The notes: generated by a model not told the origin, from the letters alone. A stretch of 64,000 nt of DNA from an uncultured Pseudomonadota bacterium (GCA_903915625.1 CAIWTN010000088.1:17938-81937), one strand, 5' to 3'. Positions 29,424 to 38,457 are shown, counted from the first letter of the stretch. Made by a program: numbers and translations.

Positions 29424-30796
29424 TTAGGTTCATCCGTTCTTTTAAATGAAATATCGAGCTCCTCCAGCTTACGATACAAACTAGACAAGCTCATGCCGAG
29501 TAATTTTGCTGCATCTTTTTTATCGCCTGAGACCGAAGATAGCACCTGCAATATGTGCTCTCTGGCGAAGACTTTCATGGCCTCATCCAACTTTTGTGGC
29601 ACGGCGTTCGACAGCGCTGACTCGCTAAGAGTTGCGGGGAAATCATCAACATCGATACGTTCGGGATTTTTACTTAAAATAATGGCACGCTCGATAATAT
29701 TCTCTAGTTCACGCACATTACCTGGCCAAGGATATGAGACGAGCTGCCGGATCGCATCGCTGGAAAGAGGCCGCATAGGACGCCCAAGTTCTTTAGTATA
29801 CTTCTCGACAAAATGACGAGCCAGCATCGGAATATCGTCGCGCCTATCGCGCAGGGGCGGCATCTTGATCTCTACAACGTTCAAGCGATAAAAAAGATCC
29901 TGCCGAAAATTCCCGGCCGCCACTTCCGCTGTCAAGTCTCGGTTAGTCGCAGCAATAACCCGTAAATTAACTTTTATAGGTTTCGTGTCGCCGATTGGCG
30001 TGATCTCGCGCTCCTGGAGAGCTCGCAGCAATTTAACCTGCAAGCTTCTTGGCATGTCACCGATTTCGTCAAGAAAAAGTGTACCCTCGTTTGCAACTGC
30101 AAATAGTCCCTGCTTATCTGCAAGAGCACCGGTGAAGGCACCGCGTTTATGGCCAAATAACTCGCTTTCCAATAAATTTTCTGGCAAAGCACCACAGTTA
30201 ATGCCGACAAATTTGTTACCAGACTGCGCACTCAAACGGTGAACAGAGCGAGCGACGACCTCTTTTCCTGTACCACTCTCTCCTGTAATCAGAACCGTCC
30301 CACGTGTGGCGGCGACCTGCTCAATAATTTTCGAGATATCAGTCATCGCGGACGATTCGCCCAGTAGAGTACCGGCATCACTCTGGCGATTCATCTCAGC
30401 GCGCAGGAAATTAACTTCCAGCTGCAAAGCCCGACGATCTCGAATAATTTCCAGACGCCGCAGCAACGATTCCACATTAAGCGGTTTTAATAAGTAATCG
30501 ACAACACCGAGCCTCATCGCATCAATGACACCTTGGACATCGGCATACGCAGTCATAATGAGGATCGCAGCCTCTGGACAGACTTCATTTGCCTTGCGAG
30601 CAATGTCGAGCCCAGATCCTCCAGGCATACGGAAATCTGTCAGCACTACATCATAATTAGACTCGGTAAGGGCTGCAGTTGCCGACGGGACATCCTGCGC
30701 TACTATAACCTGATACCCGTCTTCAGCGAGGATGGAAGCCAGCGTATCACGCTGCACTTTTTCATCATCAACCACTAGCACGCTTAAAGGACGCAT
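29420..30796 (-). CDS. Sigma54-dependent response regulator (NtrC/AtoC family bacterial enhancer-binding protein)
   Basis: REC domain (DDE...D), AAA+ Walker A GESGTGKE, the GAFTGA loop, and a C-terminal Fis-type HTH (AAKLLGMSLSSLYRKL). Confidence 0.95.
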   Translation of the reverse strand: MRPLSVLVVDDEKVQRDTLASILAEDGYQVIVAQDVPSATAALTESNYDVVLTDFRMPGGSGLDIARKANEVCPEAAILIMTAYADVQGVIDAMRLGVVDYLLKPLNVESLLRRLEIIRDRRALQLEVNFLRAEMNRQSDAGTLLGESSAMTDISKIIEQVAATRGTVLITGESGTGKEVVARSVHRLSAQSGNKFVGINCGALPENLLESELFGHKRGAFTGALADKQGLFAVANEGTLFLDEIGDMPRSLQVKLLRALQEREITPIGDTKPIKVNLRVIAATNRDLTAEVAAGNFRQDLFYRLNVVEIKMPPLRDRRDDIPMLARHFVEKYTKELGRPMRPLSSDAIRQLVSYPWPGNVRELENIIERAIILSKNPERIDVDDFPATLSESALSNAVPQKLDEAMKVFAREHILQVLSSVSGDKKDAAKLLGMSLSSLYRKLEELDISFKRTDEPK

Positions 30797-31097
30797 GGAC
30801 CACTCGGACGTGAGATTGAATTGGGACCCAAACGATAGGTAGCATCACAATTTCAGCTTATGCCTGCTAAACCTCTAATAGGCATCTTGCTAGGTAATAC
30901 TTGCAGTTGCAAGGCACAGTGCTGTCGATTTCAGTTGAGTACCAAAAGTAAACACTGCAGGCGCGTGCTGACACCGGTACCAGAGCCATATCCCAGAAAT
31001 TTTTTGATCAATAAATTCATGATCTTAACAGTGGCCTCAAGTCGCCCCGCCAAGTCGCCGATGACTCTACTAGCAATGCTAAATAGAGGATCGCTAA

Positions 31098-32273
31098 ATG
31101 ACTCGTCTATTGACCCTGCTCTTAACGTCAACTTTCACTCTGCTACCTCTAGCAGCATGTGGGCTAGGTAATCCCTTTGGCCGCGCAGGCATGGATGTAC
31201 GGACTGTGGGTGGTACACCGACCCAAGCAGCTGCTGATGCAAGGCCTATGTCTGAGCCACAGCCTGCCGCGGGACCTACGACACCCGCAAGTGGCAGTCC
31301 AGCAGTGGTTCCTATTTCGCCCACACCTACACCCGAACCAGAGCAGACAGAACCCAAAGTGGCCGGTCCCAAGTTACTGGCACTGACTGGATTTATAGTC
31401 GCAAGCAATCAAGTTAGTTTAACATTTGGAGCGCGGACAGATTGGACACGCGTGCAAGTCCGTCGCCTACTAGGCGAGACTCCTCCAGAATGCAGCTCCG
31501 GCACGATTGTGAAAGATGTAAGTGGTCCGTTCAATACTCCAATTGCCTTTACTGATGAGACAGGTATCGCCGCCCAAAGCTACACATATCGTGCGTGTTT
31601 TTATGACGAAAAAGCGCAAGTCACGGCGAGCGAAGACAAACCAACAGCGATTACCAAACCACAAATTATGTTTATCACTTCGCCAACGGTTATAGGTGAT
31701 ATGGGCGGTTCAGCCGCAGCGGCTGATAAGTTATGCGCGCCGTATGCCTTAAGAAGTCCTCGGGCTATGCTTCGTCGGGAAGAGTCCTGGCAGGCCGTAC
31801 TTTCAGATAGTCATCTAAATGCAAGTGTTCGCATCAGAGTTCTGGGGCCGATAGTCGGCTCAGATTACAGTAGCGTTAATTCGTACCATACGCTGTTTCC
31901 TTCCCTAACAGAAATGTGGAGCACAGGACTCAGCCCAACCAGCGGAGCCGTGCTCGATACAACTGGTAACGCAACTCAATCACCTGTTTGGACGGGCTCC
32001 GATCAGACTGGAGCTTATATTGCCGACCGTGCTTGCACAGACTGGAGTTCCGCTAGCAGCAGCATATTCGGCCACACCGGTGATGCCTCAACTCTGAGTG
32101 GCCAAGGTTGGTTAAATGGTGGCGGAATAGAAACATGTGATCAGCAACGCGCGATATATTGTATCGCTCAACCTAAACCAATGCTGGAGGCAGTGACGTC
32201 CATCACCGCAGCGAACAGCATTGACCTCACAATAGCCCCCCAGCACAGTGGTCTGCTGATGGTTACATTTTAG
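31098..32273 (+). CDS. Surface lipoprotein: FN3-like domain plus DUF1554-like Cys-containing domain (reading frame ends prematurely after a C6 tract)
   Basis: Lipobox LLPLAAC and a Pro-rich linker. Domain with YTYRAC. Central block MFITS...GDMGG...ADKLC...VWTGS...CTDWSS...AIYCIAQ resembles DUF1554. RBS AGAGGA. Confidence 0.8.
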   Translation: MTRLLTLLLTSTFTLLPLAACGLGNPFGRAGMDVRTVGGTPTQAAADARPMSEPQPAAGPTTPASGSPAVVPISPTPTPEPEQTEPKVAGPKLLALTGFIVASNQVSLTFGARTDWTRVQVRRLLGETPPECSSGTIVKDVSGPFNTPIAFTDETGIAAQSYTYRACFYDEKAQVTASEDKPTAITKPQIMFITSPTVIGDMGGSAAAADKLCAPYALRSPRAMLRREESWQAVLSDSHLNASVRIRVLGPIVGSDYSSVNSYHTLFPSLTEMWSTGLSPTSGAVLDTTGNATQSPVWTGSDQTGAYIADRACTDWSSASSSIFGHTGDASTLSGQGWLNGGGIETCDQQRAIYCIAQPKPMLEAVTSITAANSIDLTIAPQHSGLLMVTF

Positions 32274-32494
32274 TGCGCAGAAGAGCCGCGGCAGCCGGGC
32301 TACCTAGTGCTACATGTGACTCACCGCTCGACACACCAATTTACAGCGCACACCCATTATCAGCGGACAAAATCGAGTTCACAGATACTATGGCTGCGCC
32401 CAACACGGCCTATAATTATAGTGCTTGTCTACTCGATCAAGACGGCAACCTGATCTTCTCAACTCCAGCACTTTATATTGTATCAAGTCCGTGA
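32273..32494 (+). pseudogene. Displaced 3' portion of the same lipoprotein gene (second FN3-like domain, in the -1 frame)
   Basis: This frame is open from 32225. Its translation (PPAQWSADGYILVRRR...ATCDS...FTD...YNYSAC) parallels the first domain of the upstream ORF (TDWTRVQVRR...PECSS...FTD...YTYRAC). Confidence 0.6.
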
Positions 32495-32523
32495 ATCTCT
32501 TCTTGAAGTGCTGAGTAATAATG

Positions 32524-33426
32524 CTAACGCAGCATCAAATCATAGAGCCATGAGACTTCACGCCAGACCGCGTCTAAGTTAGGTATTCGCTTTTTGAATA
32601 AACGTCTAATTTTGACCGTCGACACCTTATCCGCAATCACCTTTTTATAAAGATTAAAGCCAAGCATCTGCCCGATGACTCGACTCAAATGGTAATCTGT
32701 ATCAGCGTCCAGCTGCAGCAAAGTACGCGGAAGTGCTTCTACCCTCTCCCCTTCTTTAGCAAGGGCTAACTCCATCCAACGATCAAATCTGAGCACTGCA
32801 TGGTTCAAGCGCGATCTTTGATCACCAGCAGATGTGCGACGACGGCCGCGCTGTCTGCGGACCACTTGGCGGAAGTGATGCAGCTCCATACACTTGCGAC
32901 GCGGGTTTAAAATCTTGGACGCAATCATACCAACCGCAGCCTTGAGCACTCGGCGATAAAAGTCTTCCGTTTTATTTTCACTGCTATCTTCAAAACTACT
33001 CAACAAAGCGTGAAGATATTGTCCCGCTGCTTCCGCCAAGTTATTAATCGAGATATCTGTCAATAATACCGTATTGGTTCGGGCTAGATAGTACACTCCG
33101 TCTATACTTGCCCGGCCAATGATCCTGTTGGCCTCTACCGAATCGACAGTGCCTTCCTGAGTCAAGTGCTGAAAAAAATCACCGCGGGGTGAAAAATGAA
33201 CATGGAAGCTTTCCATGTCGCTGGCATCGATATTAATTTGCATGAATCCAGCAAGTTCTTTCACAAAACTTAGGAATTGGAAGTCAATATCGTAGGTTTC
33301 TTCTTGATGAATATCGAAGTCTTGATCGAAATCGGCCTCATGATTGCTTGTATGCCAAGCTCCCATGTGACGCATTTCTTCCCAAAGAGCGAATGATTGC
33401 CACTTCATCCATGGCGGGGTGTTCAT
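32524..33426 (-). CDS. Hypothetical cytoplasmic protein (300 aa), acidic N-terminus and Arg-rich segment
   Basis: ATGA overlap with the upstream ChaN-like gene. No family motif recognised. Confidence 0.6.
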   Translation of the reverse strand: MNTPPWMKWQSFALWEEMRHMGAWHTSNHEADFDQDFDIHQEETYDIDFQFLSFVKELAGFMQINIDASDMESFHVHFSPRGDFFQHLTQEGTVDSVEANRIIGRASIDGVYYLARTNTVLLTDISINNLAEAAGQYLHALLSSFEDSSENKTEDFYRRVLKAAVGMIASKILNPRRKCMELHHFRQVVRRQRGRRRTSAGDQRSRLNHAVLRFDRWMELALAKEGERVEALPRTLLQLDADTDYHLSRVIGQMLGFNLYKKVIADKVSTVKIRRLFKKRIPNLDAVWREVSWLYDLMLR

Positions 33427-34205
33427 GATGCAAAAAAATCTTTGCGTAGTCTCAGATATTCAGTTGATGCATGAGTGCTTGGACGCTTCTTACTAAAATA
33501 ATAGGAATCGATATTGTTCAGCACGCGCATAACTTTGCCCTTGCTGCCGCGTCTCCGGTGTTCGACAGCCAAGGCTTTAGGAAGGTGGTCGTCAGCTAAG
33601 TGATACTCTCCGATGAGGCAGATGATCTTGTGCCCAGGGTAATTTTCTGCAGCATCAATAAGACACTTGGCTGCGTAACGATCGCGCACGAACAACATAT
33701 CCCGACCAGCGTTGTCGGTATTAATCCCTATCACCGGTAGCTTCTTAGCCTTAGCATAGTCGAGAATCATTTTGAAATTTTGCCAGGGAAACCCCCACTC
33801 AACTGCGTAATTAATGCTATCGAGGAAGGCCTCCTCAGATAACTTGCCTGCTAAATAGCCGTCGATGAAGTCCTGATCAACGTGCTTAAACATTTCTAGA
33901 GCAATCACGACCTTATCAGTCCGCTGACGATCGACATAACTACGCAAAAGACGCAGTAAGCCGCGCTGCGACTGTCTAAGGGTGTGAAAGTCGCCGTAGA
34001 GAATGAACTGATGCTGACGTAACGCATCGAGAAGGTCCGCTTGAGTGGTGAATACAAACCGACTTGGCAGACTCCGTTCAAACTTAGCGGAATATGCCAT
34101 TATGCGGCGAGAGCTATCCCCCACTATGGCACGTGCCTCTTTGAAGGCCTTATCATAGAGGGATTGCTGCAATTGCCTAAGTTGTGCCAGGGTTGTGGTT
34201 GGCAC
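33423..34205 (-). CDS. ChaN/Tiki-superfamily (DUF399-like) protein, cytoplasmic
   Basis: Family-like blocks FILYGDFHTLRQSQRGLL, VIALEMF, DGYLAGKLSEEAF, LPVIGIN and LIGEYHL. No signal peptide. GTG start. Confidence 0.65.
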   Translation of the reverse strand: MPTTTLAQLRQLQQSLYDKAFKEARAIVGDSSRRIMAYSAKFERSLPSRFVFTTQADLLDALRQHQFILYGDFHTLRQSQRGLLRLLRSYVDRQRTDKVVIALEMFKHVDQDFIDGYLAGKLSEEAFLDSINYAVEWGFPWQNFKMILDYAKAKKLPVIGINTDNAGRDMLFVRDRYAAKCLIDAAENYPGHKIICLIGEYHLADDHLPKALAVEHRRRGSKGKVMRVLNNIDSYYFSKKRPSTHASTEYLRLRKDFFAS

Positions 34206-34397
34206 CTGAGATCTTTCGAAAAGTGGGATTTGAATTTAGGGCTGGAGCCTTTATTTTAACAGTACTCGGTCGCTTTTGCGACCCAAGGACTAACTGGGCA
34301 AATGCTGCCCAGACACTGCACAGGCATTGAATGGACTAGACCGCACAAGTTGACTATAAATCGGACGGGTATCCGTCTCCTTTTGCCAGGGTCCACT

Positions 34398-35357
34398 ATG
34401 CGCCTGATCTTTCTAGGTTCTCCGGAGCCAGTTATAGCCCCCCTCAAAGCCCTGTTGGCCGCTGCTGCCGAGCGCGGTGACGAGGTGGTAGGAGTAGTCA
34501 GCCAGCCGGCACGCCCCGTCGGCCGCAGCGGTGCCCTGAGTGATCCGCCAGTTGCGGCCTTTGCCAAGGCGCATGGCATACCCACTCTGCAACCCACAAA
34601 ATCTAGCGACCCAGAGTTTCTCGAGGCATTTTCGGTACTTCGCCCAGACATCGCGATCACTGCTGCCTTTGGGCAAATATTGCCGCCCGACTTCCTCCGA
34701 ATTCCTAAGCGGGCGACCATAAACATTCATCCCTCATTGCTCCCTAAGTACCGTGGGGCTACGCCGGTGCCAGCCTCGCTGCTAGCTGGCGATGAGGTCA
34801 GTGGTGTCTCTGTGCTCTTTACCGTGCAAAAGCTGGATGCAGGTGCGCTGATCGTGCAAGAGCGGCTACCCATCCATCCTGATGAGACCACCGGCCAACT
34901 GACCGATCGCTACTTCGGTGCCAGCGGCCCTCTCCTGCTTAAAGCGATCGATAAATTGAGAGATCCACACTTCGTCGGCGACCTGCAGGACGAATCCGCA
35001 GTGACGCACTGCCGAAAGATAGAGAAAACCGATGGCGAAGTCGATTGGGAGCAGCCATCGACGGTGATTTACCGGCGCTTTCGCGCCTATGAACCATGGC
35101 CCGGCAGCTACACCCACCTAGGTGATAAGCGATTGAATCTCCTAGAGATTAAAGTGGATTCAGAACAAGCTTCGCAGCAGCCTCCTGGGACTGTTTCCTA
35201 CGACAAAAAGCAAAGGCTACTGCGCGTAGCCACGGCCGAAGGGGATTTACTGATCGCCAAGCTGAAACCCGCTGGCGGTAAGGTTCTAACTGCAGAATCT
35301 TTCTGGAACGGCCTCAAGGACCGCACGCAAGTTAGGTTTATAAGGTTACCCGTATGA
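34398..35357 (+). CDS. fmt: Methionyl-tRNA formyltransferase
   Basis: MRLIFLGSPE..., INIHPSLLPKYRG, and a C-terminal Fmt domain. I chose ATG 34398; the track start is an upstream extension. Confidence 0.93.
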   Translation: MRLIFLGSPEPVIAPLKALLAAAAERGDEVVGVVSQPARPVGRSGALSDPPVAAFAKAHGIPTLQPTKSSDPEFLEAFSVLRPDIAITAAFGQILPPDFLRIPKRATINIHPSLLPKYRGATPVPASLLAGDEVSGVSVLFTVQKLDAGALIVQERLPIHPDETTGQLTDRYFGASGPLLLKAIDKLRDPHFVGDLQDESAVTHCRKIEKTDGEVDWEQPSTVIYRRFRAYEPWPGSYTHLGDKRLNLLEIKVDSEQASQQPPGTVSYDKKQRLLRVATAEGDLLIAKLKPAGGKVLTAESFWNGLKDRTQVRFIRLPV

Positions 35358-35998
35358 GTAAGAGAGGCAGCCCGAGTGCTCCCGCTCGCATAGCTGTTGC
35401 CGTGTCTGGCAGCGGCCGGAGTTTAATTAATTTTCTCCAGACGCATACGGCAGACCGAAACTTCATAGTGGCCGGCGTCATTGCATCAAGGCCAGACTGC
35501 CGCGCCGTCGAGATCGCCAGCACCAGGGAACTTGCTCTGTTTGTCGGAGATTTTAGTCCTAAAGCACCCTCCACTGCAGCCGCCGTCAAAGCTTGGCTGG
35601 AATTACAGGCGATAGACTGGATTGTGTTGGCAGGATTTCTGAAGCCTTTTCCCGTACTCCCTGAATATACAGATCGCATCGTCAATATTCATCCGGCTCT
35701 TCTTCCGGAATTCGGTGGTAAGGGCATGTATGGTGATCGAGTGCATGCCGCAGTACTGGCGGCCGGCGCTGCCTTTAGTGGCGCGACTGTTCATTATGTC
35801 AACGAACACTACGACGAAGGTGCGATCCTTGCACAAGTAACAGTACCGGTTTTACCTACCGATGACACTCACACGCTGGCAGATCGAGTATTTGCCGCTG
35901 AATGTAAACTTTATCCTGAAGTTCTCCAGCGCTTAGTCACTGGCGAGCTACCACGAAACGATGGAGATTTTGAGAGGTTTAAGTATGACGAGTTTTGA
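35354..35998 (+). CDS. purN: Phosphoribosylglycinamide formyltransferase
   Basis: IAVAVSGSGRSL, VLAGFLK, IVNIHPALLPEFGGKGMYG, GATVHYV. ATGA overlap with fmt. Confidence 0.9.
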   Translation: MSKRGSPSAPARIAVAVSGSGRSLINFLQTHTADRNFIVAGVIASRPDCRAVEIASTRELALFVGDFSPKAPSTAAAVKAWLELQAIDWIVLAGFLKPFPVLPEYTDRIVNIHPALLPEFGGKGMYGDRVHAAVLAAGAAFSGATVHYVNEHYDEGAILAQVTVPVLPTDDTHTLADRVFAAECKLYPEVLQRLVTGELPRNDGDFERFKYDEF

Positions 35999-36872
35999 AA
36001 CACGCCTTTCAAACTGGCGCGAAATATTTAGCGATGCTCTAGCAAGTCACATTCAAGAGTGCTACCTAGGTGAGGATCTAGTAACGCAGGCCACACGTTA
36101 CGCACTGCTGGCAGGCGGCAAAAGGGTACGTCCACTTCTCTGCCTACTCACGAATGAAGCCTTGGGGGGTAAGTTGCCCCAAGCAATGACAGCCGCTTTA
36201 GCCGTCGAATTCATTCATACTTACAGCTTAGTGCATGATGATTTGCCAAGCATGGACAACGACGACCTGCGACGGGGCAAACCGACTGCACATAAAGTAT
36301 ACGGTGAGGCGCAAGCGTTGCTAGCTGGCGATGCATTACTTACGGATGCTTTTGGACTTGTTGCTGGTTCCGGAGCGGACGCATCGATAGACTCGCAGGC
36401 TAAGGTTGCCATGGTCCGAGAATTGGCAGCAGCCTCTGGTAGCCAAGGTATGGTCCTCGGCCAAAGCTTAGACCTATATTGGACTGCCAGAACCGGTGCT
36501 GAACGCCAGCATTTAGACCAGATTCATGAGCGCAAGACGGGCCGACTACTCGGCTGCAGCGCGGCTCTTGGTGCCATCGCTGCTGGGACGTCACCGGATG
36601 TGGTTCAGCGTTTCCGGTCATTTGGCGAAAGGCTCGGTCTCGCCTTTCAAATCATGGACGATCTCCTGGATGAATCCACTGCAACTGGCAAAAGCGTTGG
36701 CAAAGATAAAGATGCCGGCAAGCTAACATACCTTGCTATGATGTCCCCCACTGCCGCACGCGCTGCCGCCGAAAATCAGTCTAAATTGGCATTAGCAGAG
36801 CTATCCGGGATCGTGCCCAAGAATAGTGACCTAGAGCTATTTGCGCACTGGTTACTCAAACGCACCTTTTAA
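35985..36872 (+). CDS. Polyprenyl diphosphate synthase (FPP/GGPP synthase, IspA-like)
   Basis: First Asp-rich motif LVHDDLPSMDNDDLRRGKPT and second motif FQIMDDLLD. I chose ATG 35985. Confidence 0.88.
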   Translation: MTSFETRLSNWREIFSDALASHIQECYLGEDLVTQATRYALLAGGKRVRPLLCLLTNEALGGKLPQAMTAALAVEFIHTYSLVHDDLPSMDNDDLRRGKPTAHKVYGEAQALLAGDALLTDAFGLVAGSGADASIDSQAKVAMVRELAAASGSQGMVLGQSLDLYWTARTGAERQHLDQIHERKTGRLLGCSAALGAIAAGTSPDVVQRFRSFGERLGLAFQIMDDLLDESTATGKSVGKDKDAGKLTYLAMMSPTAARAAAENQSKLALAELSGIVPKNSDLELFAHWLLKRTF

Positions 36873-36885
36873 GGCGAGATCGCAC

Positions 36886-37152
36886 GTGAATAAACTCACA
36901 GAATTGAACTACGACAGCAATGTATTGGTCTTCCGCGACAGACAAGCCGGGATCAGCGAAATCTACGACCCAGAGTCCGCCACTTTCAGCTATAATGCCT
37001 ATTGTCTGGAAAAGAAGCTGATGAAGGAACTCTTTACCTGTGAGTATGATTTTCTCACGGACGCCCTTGAGGTGATCAATGCAGAATTTGGATCGTGGGA
37101 ACTTGAAAGCTTTGACAAAAAAGGCTGCGGTAGCTGCGTGGCGAAAAAATAA
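36886..37152 (+). CDS. Hypothetical small protein (88 aa) ending CGSCVAKK
   Basis: GTG 36886 preceded by AAGGCGAG. No motif recognised. Confidence 0.4.
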   Translation: MNKLTELNYDSNVLVFRDRQAGISEIYDPESATFSYNAYCLEKKLMKELFTCEYDFLTDALEVINAEFGSWELESFDKKGCGSCVAKK

Positions 37153-38203
37153 GCTACTTAAAGCGCTGTGCCTCGTTTCGACATTTGCTTTTAACATGCG
37201 TTCACTGCCAGTAAAGGCTGCCAGTCCAGCTAAGGCGGCCTCGGAGACCTCCTCGACTGAGCAGCTCCGCTCCAAGATTTTTAAGGGCAGTGAAGGCACT
37301 GCCAACTGCCGTACATTAAAAACGGATCCGCGAGGGCAAATTGGACTGGATCCACGCATCGATCAGTTCATCGCTGATTTAATCCGTGCGATACGAACAA
37401 AAGATGCGCTGGTTCTGCAGCCCATGTTTCATCCTCGACTCAACACCGGACTTTTTGCACTCAAAGAAGCCCTGGCCAAAATTGATGCGACCTTTGGCGG
37501 ACCATTGGACGTCTCTATTTATCGTCTCTGGGCAATAAACACGGTCGACGGATCCGCCAAAGGCCTTGAGTGCGTAGACGACAAAGTCACCGTTTATCCA
37601 CATTACGGATATTCACTTGAATTTGGTCTATGGCTACAAGTCATGGGTCAAAAAGAAGTCGGCCGAATTTTTACCACGATCGTGCCGGTTGAAGACAAGT
37701 GGTACCTCGGTTCGTTTCAGTCACAACAGTGGACTCACGCTGGCAAAGATCCTAGCGCTTGGATCGATGATGCCGCTAAAGACGTAAGCAAAGGCCTTAA
37801 AGAATCTGCATATGTGAAATACGACATCGCGTCTAAGTTGTTAGAGAGCGGCCTAAATCTCAAAGCTGTAACAGCAGCTGACGTTGCAAAAGATCGCGAC
37901 GCTTTATTTAACAAAAAAAGCTTTGGCGAATTAATCCACAAATTGTTGCCCAACAAGGATGTCGCTTACGCCGCAACCATGCTAGTCACGGACGGAGCCG
38001 GCGTACTCGTGCGCATGCATTCACCAGGTGAAATTTCCCTGGTTGATATGAAGGTCCGCTGCCGGAAAATTGCCGACACATTGGCTAAACAACCCTGGAC
38101 TTCATCACTTGTCGGTGTCAGGTGTGCATACCTAATGCCAGGGGAAAAAGGCGAATTTGACGGCGGCATGGGCAGCCTATTTGTTCCGTTTAAAGACTCA
38201 TAG
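37079..38203 (+). CDS. Hypothetical secreted protein
   Basis: Signal-peptide-like WRKNKLLKALCLVSTFAFNMRSLPVKA|AS. The true start is uncertain: ATG 37079, TTG 37112 or ATG 37196. Either of the first two overlaps the preceding small ORF. Confidence 0.65.
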   Translation: MQNLDRGNLKALTKKAAVAAWRKNKLLKALCLVSTFAFNMRSLPVKAASPAKAASETSSTEQLRSKIFKGSEGTANCRTLKTDPRGQIGLDPRIDQFIADLIRAIRTKDALVLQPMFHPRLNTGLFALKEALAKIDATFGGPLDVSIYRLWAINTVDGSAKGLECVDDKVTVYPHYGYSLEFGLWLQVMGQKEVGRIFTTIVPVEDKWYLGSFQSQQWTHAGKDPSAWIDDAAKDVSKGLKESAYVKYDIASKLLESGLNLKAVTAADVAKDRDALFNKKSFGELIHKLLPNKDVAYAATMLVTDGAGVLVRMHSPGEISLVDMKVRCRKIADTLAKQPWTSSLVGVRCAYLMPGEKGEFDGGMGSLFVPFKDS

Positions 38204-38217
38204 GTTGGGCTAAACAA

Positions 38218-38457
38218 TTGGCGAAACTTCGACGCTTGCCATCCAAATCATTTGAAATTAACGCAGCCTGGACCGCAGAGACGCCAGTTCAAGGCTGGCG
38301 CCATTACCGCATCAGCGGCAATAAACCTGCGAAAAAGGCCGAAAATCTGCCTCAGCGGCTGGAGATGATGGCGGTCTGTGACCGCGCAGTGCGCTTTTGG
38401 CTATCGCGAGATGACCTAATTAACGATCTAAATTGGATCCCCGGCTGGATTGACTAG
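38218..38457 (+). CDS. Small Trp-rich protein, TIGR02450-like
   Basis: The pattern AWTA...W(R)HY.....LEMMAV....R....DL.....W.PGW resembles the Trp-rich TIGR02450 family. TTG start. Confidence 0.45.
   Translation: MAKLRRLPSKSFEINAAWTAETPVQGWRHYRISGNKPAKKAENLPQRLEMMAVCDRAVRFWLSRDDLINDLNWIPGWID

Noticed and set aside
30961-30985. A sigma54 promoter for the HK/EBP operon (minus strand TGGTACCGGTGTCAGCA).
   Set aside because: The GG-to-GC spacing is 11 rather than 10 nt and the -12 region is poor. Other GGCA-containing sites near 30870-30925 also fail the spacing test.
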